In this document: positions 37,308 through 48,966 of the stretch, piece after piece
How the letters are laid out: each line of letters starts with the position of its first letter
Position numbering within the stretch: the stretch's first letter is position 1
From: Eutreptiella sp. 'Long Island Sound 2002'
Lineage: Eukaryota > Protista > Euglenida
Direction of reading: 5' to 3'
Length of the DNA: 64,000 nucleotides
NCBI GenBank assembly: GCA_964036045.1
Contig: OZ038378.1
Location: forward strand, 16,740,001 to 16,804,000
Position numbers and translations under genes: made by a program
Notes under the pieces: model-generated
What the model was told of the DNA's origin: nothing
Seen by the model: only the letters and a program-made list of their open reading frames with translations
Databases searched by the model: none

Positions 37308-38899
37308 TGTGGTATTGCAGGGCCTAAAAGACTCCAAATCCTTGAAATCCTATGGCAAGCGATTTTTTTACAGCATTCGCATGGAACAAAGTCTGGGGGG
37401 GGGGGGGGGCTGAAGAAGGGGAACTTGGGATGCTTGTTTCCCTGTTCCTCGTTGTTTTTTGTGTAGGTAATGTCTGATTTTGTGCAGCATGAAAAGATTT
37501 GGTGTGTGAAAACCACTTTTGCCACTGCCAACCAACCTGATTCCAAGCATTGGATCACAGGGCAGACTCTTGCCAATTAAAAGGCGACCAGGGGTACCTC
37601 GAAGAAGGGTGGGTATATTGGTGATGATATGGGCTGAAATGGTGGGAGAGGTGGGAAGTATTATCCAGTCAATGGGGTATTGGCAGCGATGAGTTGTATC
37701 ACGCCCATCTGCGAGGGGAGGTGGAGGCAAGCTGTTGGATTAGTTCCTAGCTCTTGCTAGGAGGTACGAAACGGGGCATGTAGGATTGGTGGGCGCAAAA
37801 TCTGAGGTCACGTCACCGTAAAATTTTACTGTGGAGAACCCCCGCGTGTGTGATGAGTGCATTATGAATTTCGTTCCCTTTGTGCGACGCACACTTAGGA
37901 TATTTGCAGCCCAGTTTGTAGGCCTATCTATATTAAATGCCCTACCGTTGAGCCAATCCGCTGATCAGTCCCTTTGTTCACCTCTAGGATGATTGTGTAC
38001 ACTGTCTTTGGGTTACTGGTTTGTATGGGTCCAAATGGGGATAAAAACAATACGTTGTCCGGTTTTTATCACCGCCCAATGCAACATTTGTAGTTGTACC
38101 ATTTTTCTTTCAGAGATTTTGCCCAAACTGCCAGTTTACTGGCATTGAGTATGTGGTTTTAGCCACAAGCTTTGACGGTGTATTTTCAAAAACTGTGAGG
38201 TCAATAAACAACCGCTTTGAAGCTGCACACAAGTCAATTTCCGGGAGTACTCTGGACGTAAGCCACTTGTGGTGTACAAGATTCAATGGCACATTGGGAG
38301 ACTGCTCTCAGTGTCAGTAGCAGAACTCAAGCAATATCTCAAGTTCTCAACTGCCGCTAAAATGTAGTCTGGAACAATTGCCACCCTCATAATGACATGG
38401 TGGCAAAGTACAAACAGTGTGTTTATTGTGGTCAAATCGCTGCTATAATGCAGATTCGTATGCAGATTCGTCCTGCGTTTGTATCCACGGCGCTGTGATT
38501 TTGTCAAAGAATGTGCTCCTCCTGTGTGCTGAAAGTCATTGGTTGGTGCACAACCTTGCAAACACCATGTACAAGAAGCATGTAGATAAATGGCTGCCAA
38601 GCGGGGGATTGGGCGCTCGGGTATATGCAGAATTGAGGACTTCGCTAGGATTAGCTTGACTTGTCCCTTCTCCTGAAATGCCCTGTTTGGACTGGTACGA
38701 GATATGTATGTGGGTAGAAGGTGATTTGGCTGAGTACAATATTTTTTTGGGCCAGGGCCGTACATTTTTTCCAAGTTTTGCCACAGTGTACCAAGGGGTG
38801 GAAAACATGCATTTTGCACTCATTAATCTGCAACGGGTTTTCATTTCGTGGTGTCCCTTGTTTCAGGGTTTACAGCGTAATTCTGTGCACAGTGCACCC

Positions 38900-39620
38900 C
38901 AAGGTGTAGTAGTTATAGTTTGTTTAGCTTGTTCATTCATCCTCTGCTCGGTTATTTCATTGGTTTTCTTTTCATACTTCGTTCCATTATTTGACTGTTT
39001 GTTGGTTTGTCCTCCGTTCGGTTGCTATATAGTTTGTTCGGTCATCGTTCGTTCGGTTATTTCTTTGTTTCATTCATTCACCATTCATTCATGTTTTGTA
39101 TTATTGTTGAATGGTTTGTCCATTCATGGTTGTGCAGTCCTATATACACCATTCGGTTAGTACAGAGTTTGTTGATTCATGCTTTGTTTGATTTCTGCAT
39201 TGTTAGTTCACTCATCCTTCGTCCAGTTATCTCATTGTTTGTTCCTTTCCTGTGTTTAGTTGTTAATTGTTTTATCATTTATCGTTCATTCAGTAATTTC
39301 AGTCCTCATTCATCCGTCCCTTGCTCCGTTACTTCATATCTGGTCTGCCCATCTTTTGTTCTTTTCTCCAGTGTTTCTGCTTGTATTCCTCATTCGGTTG
39401 TGTTTTGATTGCTCATTCATCCTTCATTCAGTCGTTTGATTGTTCATTCATCTATCCTTTGTCTGGCTATCCAATTGTTTGCTCCTTCATCCTTCTTTCA
39501 GATATCTCTTTTTCTGTGCAGCCAACATTCATTCCAATGTGTGTGTTCAAACCATCAATTGGTTCTTACGAACAGTTTTTCAGTGTGTTCATTTGTGTTT
39601 TCAATTAATTTGCTCATATT
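38900..39620. repeat. T-rich low-complexity tract (degenerate TTCA/TTCG/TTTG)
   Basis: Strong strand asymmetry with recurring TTCATTC and GTTCGGTT. Confidence 0.75.
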
Positions 39621-40743
39621 TATGGTTTCCCATGCATGTGTGTTCAAGTAGATGGTTCTCTCTTGTATTCTGGGTTGTTCAGCATATTTATGGGTGTACT
39701 ACGATTCGTGGATTTCGCTTAAGGTTGTCGTGGCTTGTCTTTATGTAGGTCTTAACTTCATTGACATTTGCCTTTGGTAGTTGCATTGGCTCATGCGTGT
39801 CCTAAATGAAGTATTTCTCTCTGGTGGCTGTTTGTCTCAGTGTGTGTGAAGTTAACTAATCAGCAATCGTCCATGCCATTCGTTCACTTAGTAGTTCATA
39901 TGGTTATCTCGGTTTCAGGGTTACTTACCTGTTTCATAACTATTCAGGGGGTGGGACGAGTTCGACGATGGTGTGCCCTGGGTGTGCGTGACACACTATG
40001 CACCGCTTGCAGTGTGCTGTGTGTACAGTCCCCAACACCACCATCCCTAGATCGATGGGGGTTCCGGGATGACGCGAGATGCCGAGCATGCAGCCATACG
40101 CAGAGTGTGTGGGTGTGGGGGATGGGGGCAAACATCGCATTGTAGACGAAGGGATGCACTAGCAAATGATGTAGTAGATGTACAAACAAAGGCATGCAGC
40201 ATCGCAACCTGCACATGTAAAGCGAAAGGAGGTACGTTTGGTGTGTGTGTTAAGTGAACGAACGAAAGCATACATAACTGAAACATACACCAATAAACAA
40301 AGTCATGTGCAATTTGATGATTGGATTATGTAGGGGCTGCTGCATATTTTACTATGTAACAACATGTACATTAACATGCACCCATTGTTCCCGCACTTTT
40401 CGCCCCATGCATGCATGCATCCTGACCCCTCCCCTATTCACGTTTCGCCCCTGGCCACTCAACCTCACCCCACGCCCAGGACCAGCCCTGCCCCACACCG
40501 GGCGTGTGGCAGCCGACCATGTGGGGGAGGGGGGGGGGGGCACCGCGCACCGTAAACACCACAGCATGGGCCTGGAAGGGGTCTGGGCACCCAAGTTGGT
40601 GGCCACTCTTCAGGAAGACCCTGTGCACAACCCTTCCTCTGTGCTCATGCGTGTTGCCTGCACATGTTGCTTGCTGTGTCCGTCTTTGGTGATACTGCTG
40701 CTTGTTGCGCGCATTTACAAATGGTTTCTTTCACGCTCTCCTC

Positions 40744-40842
40744 ACGGCTAAACTCAGGCTGCCCACTGAGTAGAAGACGGCTAAACTCAGGCTGCCCACT
40801 GAGTAGAAGACGGCTAAACTCAGGCTGCCCACTGAGTAGAAG
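40744..40842. repeat. Three perfect 33-bp tandem units, each with an internal ACTCAG/CTGAGT hairpin
   Basis: ACGGCTAAACTCAGGCTGCCCACTGAGTAGAAG x3, with no spacers. Confidence 0.95.
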
Positions 40843-41238
40843 GAACGCCGCGCGTGACTTCGACACGGTGCCTTTTGTGTGAGCTGAGGGCCCACTGCAT
40901 GCCTCCGTCTGTGAGATAGTAACGCTTGACCTGCCTTGGAGGATACCTCCCGCCCGCCCCCCACACACCACACACACATAACCCCCCCCCGCACAAACAC
41001 ACAAACACACCACACACACACACACACAGGTACACAGGCACAGACCACACACATGAGTGCCACCAGTGCCATGGGAAACCACCTCTGAGCGCCACTATCC
41101 CCTGTCAAGGTCATAAAGGCATCATAGCAAAGCTGGTATGCACTGGTGACACGAAGCAGGTGACTTTTGTTTCTCTTTCTTTGTATGTGTGTTTGTATGT
41201 ATGTGTAGAAGGTGGGCCTTCTGATATCTCCTCCTTAG

Positions 41239-41586
41239 GTCAACGAGGAGCTTTCGAGGCTCATGGTACTCACGAAGAATCAATCTACTGCCCGTCAGTT
41301 GCTGTGCAAGAGCTGGCGGGTGCAGTATTATGCCAAGCAAGAGGATGCAGCGATGCAGCAGCTGGCCACCCGGTTGGTATTGTGGCATGAGGAGAAGCGG
41401 GCTCCACCACGCAAAGCCTTGACTGCTACCGGGAGCCATCGATCCTTCATCTCACAAAAAAAGACATCATCCAATGGGGTACCAATGCAACCCAGTCCTA
41501 CACACCATGAAAGTCCTGGAAAGTCCCGGATATACATGGTGAGTCCGGCTGCGGACGACGTCCGAATGGGAGTCCAAAGCGAGTGA
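41239..41586 (+). CDS. Receptor-type adenylate cyclase, terminal exon C
   Basis: Acceptor CTCCTTAG|GTC in phase 0, giving YLMQQ|VNEELSRLMVLTKNQSTARQLLCKSWRVQ...QQLATRL. This resembles the post-catalytic LCxxW segment of trypanosomatid cyclases. Ends at TGA 41584-41586. Confidence 0.8.
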   Translation, partial: VNEELSRLMVLTKNQSTARQLLCKSWRVQYYAKQEDAAMQQLATRLVLWHEEKRAPPRKALTATGSHRSFISQKKTSSNGVPMQPSPTHHESPGKSRIYMVSPAADDVRMGVQSE

Positions 41587-41797
41587 CAAAGAGGGAGCAC
41601 CACAACCCCTGACAAAGCGCTGAGACCTACAGGTACGACTGGAACACTCAGATGCACCCGTGCGGACAAAAGTCTGCATTGGCTGCAGTGGTTCACCAGC
41701 CCCGTGCAGCCCGTGCTGGACAGCCGTGCCCTGCAGTCCACTGTCCATTGCGCTATGGTGATCAGTGTCTGTTTCTCCGTCCAGTTTCCTAAGCTCT

Positions 41798-41840
41798 GTG
41801 GTGGTGGTGGTGGTGGTGGTGGTGGTGGTGGTGGTGGGAG

Positions 41841-41881
<41 letters not shown>

Positions 41882-41901
41882 TTGTTGTTGTTGTTGTTGT
41901 T
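41798..41901. repeat. Compound microsatellite (GGT)n-(GCT)n-(GTT)n downstream of the cyclase stop codon
   Basis: Read directly. Confidence 0.95.
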
Positions 41902-42709
41902 CGTGGATACACTTGGAGCTGCATGTCAGGCTGCTGCCCGATCAGAAGATGCCTGCCTGTGTCCTGTTTCAGCATTGCCTGGTGTTTGGCCTGGTTGACA
42001 CTTCCATGCCCCCGCCCTCCGGTGCCCCAGCCCACCCCAGCCAGCAATCAGCACGAACATGCTTGGCTCATTGCTTGTGTTGTTGATTGGGACAGGCACC
42101 CAGCGGCTTGGCCAAATGCAAGCACTCTTGCAATCCTGTCCCCAGTCAGATCCACTGCTGGTTGGCTTGTCTGCGAGGTTCAGAAATTTGGTGGTCTGGG
42201 TGCCTCTGGCACTGGAATTCTCCTGGAGTCAGCATACGATAACGAACATACATAAAACACACATGGGCATACGACACAACACTCCACTGGTGTTGCACAC
42301 ACAATACATGCCGCAGCGTGTCCCACACCTCTCTCTCGCAATACCTGGAACCCTCGCCCCAGAAATCCACCATTTTGGGGGGGGTTTGCTCAGTCTCCCA
42401 AGAGTGGGGCACCCCTCTCCACCCCCTAAAGTCTGGGGGTTGTGGGTTTTCCACAGAATTGAGGGCAGGGGGGCTACTGCCCAACATTTGGGGCACGTTA
42501 TCACAATATTGGATTTCTACTTCCGGTGCCTTCACATCAGAGGGTTCTATGTCTTTTGCAGTGTGTTCTGCCGATTTGATCTTCAGTGGACATAATGCCA
42601 CACATGCGATTGCAGTGTTTTGTATGCATCTCCTTTGATGTCTCGTAATTACACAGTTATTCGGATATTGGTATTGGTCCTCTTGTCTAAGCAGGCGTCG
42701 GGACCCTTT

Positions 42710-42845
42710 TAATTTGGGACTAAAAATAATTCGAAACCATTTATTCAATACTGTGTGCAGTGTGTAAGCTACGGCCTCAAATTGGGACTGAACAGAATTC
42801 GAAACCATTCATTCGATACTGTGTGCAGTGTGTAAGCTACGGCCT
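42710..42845. repeat. Tandem duplication, 68-bp period x2
   Basis: AATTCGAAACCATT(T/C)ATTC(A/G)ATACTGTGTGCAGTGTGTAAGCTACGGCCT at 42728 and 42796. Confidence 0.9.
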
Positions 42846-43965
42846 AGTCTAAGCTACAGGACAAGGCCACCGATTGACAGAGTGTAGGCATTTGAAGTTG
42901 CGTGTTCTGCCACCATACCAACAAGGTTGTCAGCAGTGCTGTGTTGGCCGCATTGCCACTCAAACCTGCCTGCCAGCTCCAGCCCCAAGGCAGCCCCACA
43001 CAAAGTGGAACCATCCCCCATGCCCCTAAAGTCAGCATGATGAGGTCACATTTGACGTGCATGGAGTTCTGTATGTACCTTGTTTGACATGGACAAAGCC
43101 GTGTGGTACGCAGGTTCCACAAAGCATCAAACTGCTCCTGGTCTAACTCCTGTTGTGGGCACTGGGAGGCTTCGCTCCCTAATCACAGCAACAGTCAACC
43201 TTCAAAACCTTGCCAACTCGTGCGTACCCTTTCACGGTTTTTGGGGGCTGCCTCTGTTGCGTGTTTTTGGCAAGTGGGCGTAGTGGGTGTTACTGGTTGG
43301 CACCCTCTACTCTGCTCTGCTGTACCCCATGCCCATGTTTACTTTAATTCCCATGCATCTAGCAACGGAAAACGCTGCAGACGCACGGGGGCGACTTTCA
43401 GGCATTGTTGCTATCCAGAGACATGGTGGCCGTGTGCGATGAGGGACTAAAGGGAAGTGTTGGCCCTTGTTTTGGGCCCCAGAGTGAACACAGAGTGTTT
43501 GTTGCATTTCACAGCACTCATGCACTCTCCTGAAGCAGTTGTTCTGTGGAAATGCACGCGTTGTTGGGCAAAATATGACCGGGACCGCTCATATCACTTC
43601 TGACGTGGCATTTGGATGCATCTGCGTCCATTGCCACCTGCGGCAGGGTGCGTGCTCTGGTGATGTGCCATCCAGCCTGGAGTGGTATCCCATTTGTTGT
43701 CCACGTTTGACGCCTCTGTAAGGGTACCAACGTGGGCTGATTTCTGGGATGTTTGCCTAAAGCTGGCGTGCGGCGCTGCACGCCGGGGATTCTCCCTTGG
43801 CCTGGGGGCGGGGGGTTCATTTCAGTTTGGTTTGAAGGGCAAGATTTTTGCCATGACCACTCACCCGCAGTACCCTGTCACATGTGAAGTGAGAGAGCAC
43901 CACTGTGTGTGCAGGCCCTGCTGGGCACCATGGCTGCTGTGCATGAAGTCAATTGTTGCCATGCA

Positions 43966-44243
43966 CCCGCCCCCCCTGTCCAAGCAACGCGAGGTGTTGC
44001 TTCCGCAGCGTTTGGAGTGTACACATGGGGGGCGTAGGGAGGTGGCACAGCGGCCCTGCCCCGTCCTGCCTCTAAGCTAACCCTCGTATGCACAGCGTGC
44101 AGGACCTTAATCAGCTGCTTTGTTTCCGCAGCTTTTGGAACTACTTTGCCTTTATAAATGCCCCCCCCTTGTCTAAACGATGCAAGGTGTTGTTTCCGCA
44201 ATTTTTTGGGACCGAACCGCTGTTTGGACAGGGGGGGTTGGGG
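43966..44243. mobile_element. 278-bp MITE, poly-C/TGTCCAA TIR
   Basis: Left end CA|CCCGCCCCCCCTGTCCAAGC. Right end TTTGGACAGGGGGGGTTGGGG|TA. Confidence 0.65.
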
Positions 44244-44339
44244 TAACATAGAGTGGTGAAAACAATAAACCCATCAGAGGCATGTCTTGTGACTTGGCGA
44301 TCGCGGCACCTACCTCCACCTAGTCCATATCCCCACGTA

Positions 44340-44551
44340 GATGTTATGCAGTTTGCACAATATTGTGAGAAACGGTGCTCTCCCTGCAACGTGGTCCAAC
44401 TATTTCATCGGGCTGTCAGATCAGGCATACTACACGTTTGTGGTAGCTGCATTCGATGGTTTGCACCTGATATTGATGATCCGAACCTTTTTCTTCAGAG
44501 ACCAGTTCCTTGTGGGCAGCTGGCTGAGATAGAGGGTGCATCCATGCACAC
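44340..44551 (+). CDS. Candidate isolated exon, product unknown
   Basis: Acceptor CCCCACGTAG| and donor ACG|GTAATG bound an open frame (DVMQFAQYCEKRCSPC...EGASMHT). No neighbouring exons confirmed. Confidence 0.3.
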
Positions 44552-44752
44552 GGTAATGTGTGTAGACGGGTCATGCGAATGCCTATTTTGTTTACCTTTC
44601 AACATGCCACCTTTCGTGATTGCCCTTGTCTTTTGTTTGTGTGTGTTTGTCCAGCAGCCACCATTCATGTACATTTTGGGTGCGTACCACGTTTGCTCAG
44701 CTGCGCACATGTGCACAATTTAGCAGTATTTTAAATCGTGCAGCACTGCGAT

Positions 44753-47190
44753 GGTATTCATCACACTCCACCAGCAGCCCAGGGTTTCTGTTTCTGAACT
44801 CCGGGAGGGGTGACAGCCAATTTTTTTCAACTAGTTTGCATTGGTTTGGCTGTACATACGTCAGATACAGTCAATTTCAGCAAGTACCCTGCCCCCCCCC
44901 CCCCTGTAATCCCCCACCCGTGGTCCATGGTGGAGTTGCCTTCCAATTGATATCAGGAGAGAGTACCTCCACGTCAAAAACAATTATGCAGCATCTATTT
45001 CTCCTTGAATCAGTATCTATCAAGTTGTTTCTTCATTGTTGTGCTGGCGCAAGCCTGCGGTTGCAGGGCTTGCTCACCCCATGGGGTTTGTGCACCTTTT
45101 GGGGGGGGGGGGGGGTTGCAGTAAACCGTGCGTTTTTTTATACGGAGGAGGGGTTCCCACAAGGGCTGCGTCTCAGAGGGGGCCGAAGCAGCAGGTGGGT
45201 TTTGGTATCACCACTATGACCTGTGCAGGGTGGGTGGCAGTTACCACGGGAAAAAATGAGGAAATCCTCTTAAAGCCTCCCAACGAGGGGTGTGTGCACA
45301 CATTGCAAATCCGTCCATGTGCAACACAAACATGAAGATTCAGTTGTGTGTTTGAGTTGCGCCCCAAACTCGTTTCGCTGGATTCTTTTACGATTGTGAG
45401 AGGGTGGTGTAGCAGATGGTTTGTGTGTAGGAATGGTTTTGGCGTGCTGCAATACGGTATGCCCACGTCGGGCCGATCATCATCATAATTTACAAATCAC
45501 ATTCCATTGTATGGAACTGAGCCCATTCCCTCACCTTTCCGTGAAATACCTTTTTTTACACAATTTACTTCACACTGAACTTGGCAATTAGGCTCAGTGA
45601 CTAGTTTTGTTGAATTAAGTTTTAACAGGGGCACAAACAAGGAATGGGATTGAGCCACGTAAGAAGGCTGCGTTCCAAATTGCCACGGGTTCGTTTTGTC
45701 AGGGGCTCGTTGCTCTGTTCCTTTGTGAATTCTCTCCTTCCTTTAGTGCGCCCTGCGGGAGCTTCCGGTCCACAGAGACTCCTGACATAAGAATTCTCCT
45801 CTTCACCCCGCCGCTCATTGACTCCCTTGTCGTTGGTGTCACCCAGCCGGCTTCACTGGCTTTGGCCCCCTTATAAATGGTTGAGCTTGACCCAGGGAGG
45901 TATTGGAACGGCCGTACACCGTAGGAGGAGGGGTAGTACCCCCCCCCCCCCCCCTGGACCCCCCCTTCTAATGTGTAATTGAACAGGGTAAACGTGCGTT
46001 GTTGATTTGGGTCCCCCTGCATATGGCTCAGGACCCGACTCTCAGTCCAGTGGCGAGGATGTCAGCAGTGTGGACTCCAGTGGCACAGATTACTCTAGCT
46101 CCTCCAATGGACAATGCGACACGTCTTCCGAGGAGAGCTCTGATGACAATTAACCCAAGCCTGAATGAACCTGGGTGAACCTGAATGAACCGGAATGGAG
46201 GACATAGGTCTCTGGTTCAAACCCCAGATTCATTATTTTTATGACCTCCAAACTACATTTCCCCTTTGGCAGCAAAAAAGCATTTTTTCCGTTTTTGCGT
46301 TGGACACCCTAGGAGGAGGGGTGCCCCAGTCAAACCCCCCGCCCATTTCAGATCCTCCCCTCTAACACATCCCTGCCTTGACCCCCGTCCACTTCCTGTG
46401 CCCACAGAAAGGTTTGGTGAGATTCACCTCGCCACAGCCTGTGTATGTCGCTCAGTTCCATCAGATTCGCTGTTGTCATTCAACTCCCGCCCCCCACGCC
46501 TGGCAACTCATGGTGCGACAGAGACCCATGGGTGCTCGCAGGTTGTGGTCATCTCTGGGGTCTCAAACCTGTCAACCAGTGATTCCTTGCTGTGATCCGG
46601 TTCTGGCTTCACGGTTGTCTAGCTGTTTGTGTCAGCCACCCCCACCCTCCACCACCCAGCCCTACCATCATCTCTTTAGGATGCTCCAGAAGTAAGTACG
46701 AGCACGTTCAGATTTCAGCTGTGGGTGTGGACCTCGTCTCCATTGCAAGCCAAGGGGGTTGTATATACTTCCTAAGCTAGCTTGTTGGAGTTTGCCCCAG
46801 CAGATTTGTGCTTCTTACTTTGCCTGCATGCCTTTTACCCTGCCCCCAATTTTTGTTCCCCGCCAAGTGCATACCTCCTGCAAGGGCCCTGTGGCTGCAG
46901 TTCACCTGGATCCCGTCAGTTAGCTTGTTGCCAAACCCCCTGCATGTGTGTGTTCGCTTCTGACTGCCTTGGTTTTTCACATCAATTCTGGGCTACGCCC
47001 ACCAGCTGGCGCATGGTTTCCTGGCAAACCTGTGTATTCATCACACTCCACCAGCAGCCCAGGGTTTCTGTTTCTGAACTCAGGGAAGGGTGACAGCCAA
47101 ACTATTTTGCGTTGGTTTGGCTGTACATACTTCAGATACAGTCAATTTCAGCAAGTACCCTGCCTCCCCCCTTGTAATCCCCCACCCCTT
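44753..47190. repeat. Dispersed direct repeat of about 160 bp, two copies (about 44753-44915 and about 47033-47190)
   Basis: GTATTCATCACACTCCACCAGCAGCCCAGGGTTTCTGTTTCTGAACTC...CAGATACAGTCAATTTCAGCAAGTACCCTGCC is near-identical in both copies. Confidence 0.9.
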
Positions 47191-48028
47191 GCAATCCCCC
47201 CCCCCCCATGGGGGGACCGTCACTTTGGCATTTCTCTTGACAAGGGGTTGTTGTGTTGTTCTTTGTGTGCTGGTGCCCACTATCAGAGCCGACTCCTTTT
47301 CTTGTTCAGACATAAATGTATGCCACAGAGGATGCCGCCCGCGCGGTGCGCGGTGCGCACAGTGCACATGGTGCACCAGGGCAAGTGTGTTTGGCCGCAT
47401 CCATGAACCCTGATGCGCATGTGCGCTGCATGTCACCCCCTCACTCTGTTCCAAGTCCTGGGGCTATGTTGTGCATGGCATAGCATAGCATGGCATAAAC
47501 CCCAGGATGTTTGAATGAGGCAGCGTGCACGGTGCGCAGGCGGCACCCTCACAGGCAATCATATCTGGTGCCACTCTCGCAGCAGGGGTATCCCACTGTT
47601 GGCAACTGGCAGTGGGCCCTCACCCTCTGGACCTGAGTTCCTCCACATTCAATACTGGGTTGTTGGCGGTTGGCGACTGGCAGTTGGTGGTGGTTGGTGG
47701 TTGGTGACTGGTGGTTGGTGGCGGTTGGCAGTGATTGGCGGTTAGCGGTTGGTCGCCGCTAGCGGTACTGTCAATGTCAACCATACTGCAGCCAAGTTCT
47801 GTTGGCTGGAGGTAGCACGGTCATCATCTCCTGTATCACTAGGATCTCCTGACCACTCTCCACAACCAGCACTCACAGCTACACCACATGCGCCTCCACC
47901 CCACTACAGGCACCTATACCCAAATCTGCGCCACAACGTGGTGTGAAACGCAACGGTGTGAAACGCAACGTCCATGAAGCCCAATACCCCTACCACAGAT
48001 GACAGCGAAAGTGATGCCATAGTGGTTA

Positions 48029-48918
48029 CCCCCCCCCCCCTTTGTCCAAGCACTGCCTTGCCAAGCACCGCCGCGTGATACTTGATGAGTGAGGGCGTAG
48101 GTCTGTCGGTGGGGACCTATCGCTGAACTTTCCACTGTTCTATGGCCAAGCACTGCCTTGTCCAAGCACATGAGCCCGTCTGACCGTCGTTTTTCTGGAT
48201 TTTTCTGACCACGCTTTTTATGGTCAGAAATGTGACGTTACAGGTTTGTGCTTCGATTGTAGAGGGCAAGGGGAGCTGGATCATGCTTCTGGTAGTTCCT
48301 CCTGCTCATACCAACATTCCACTTGCAACTGCAGCCCAATGCTGTCTGTTTTGGTGTGATTTTCAGCCATGGCTGATGTTGCCACTCCTGGTACCACAGA
48401 TGGTGGCGTGCCGTACTACATTGACCACAATCGGGAAATCACGGGAGGATGATGAAGTGCAGATTGTGTGGGCCAAAGCAGGCTGTGGGATTTGGGGCCT
48501 TGGCCATGTCTTTCAGAGCAAGCCTTACTTCACCAAACATATTGTTGATGACAAGGAATAGGAAGCCTAACCCCATTCCAAAACCTGAATCCAAGCCTGC
48601 TCCAAAGCCTGCCAAAGGGCAAGCATGTGCAATTGTTCAAGATGAGGCGCAAGGTTGGAAAGGATTTCTATTCCACAACTGCTGATGCCCCTGACAGGCA
48701 GTGAGGACCTCCAGAACATGCTGGAATTTGCCTGCACATAGTGTTGTAGTGCCCTGTTGCAACAATTGTGGTTAGGGTGAGGTATGGGCAGGTTTTCGGC
48801 GACATACATGCTTTTGGTACTGCGCGTCGCGCGCAAGCATGAGCTTGTATAAGCACATGAGCCTGTCTGACCGTCGTTTTTGTGACTTTTGGCGTGCTTG
48901 GACAAGGGGAGGGGGGGG
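48029..48918. mobile_element. 890-bp MITE-like element, poly-C/TTGTCCAAGCAC TIR, TA TSD
   Basis: Left end TA|C12-TTTGTCCAAGCAC. Right end GTGCTTGGACAAGGGGAGGGGGGGG|TA. Internal copies of AAGCACATGAGCC(C/T)GTCTGACCGTCGTTTTT at about 48163 and about 48851. Confidence 0.8.
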
Positions 48919-48966
48919 TATGTGCTTCTTGTGTTGTGCATGCAGTGCTGCAGTCATCAAGTGGTA

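Noticed and set aside
37044-37576. His/Thr- and Val/Cys-rich ORFs; also the poly-His ORF at 23459-24130 and the poly-Gly/Ala/Val ORFs at 41.3-42.2 kb
   Set aside because: These are translations of (GT)n, (CAC)n and compound microsatellites.
40744-40842. CRISPR array
   Set aside because: The repeats are directly adjacent with no spacers, the context is a eukaryotic intron, and there are no cas genes.
28566-41238. Euglenid non-conventional introns in the cyclase gene
   Set aside because: Both resolvable introns (28566-36002 and 36627-41238) have canonical GT-AG ends that restore the reading frame.
46205-46232. tRNA or tRNA-derived SINE (GGTTCAAACCC B-box-like)
   Set aside because: The T-arm geometry is wrong and no acceptor, D or anticodon stems can be built.
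48440-48500. RNase H C-terminal motif (VQIVWAKAGCGIWG)
   Set aside because: Lacks the catalytic His, the NE.AD motif and the upstream acidic motifs, and lies within a MITE.
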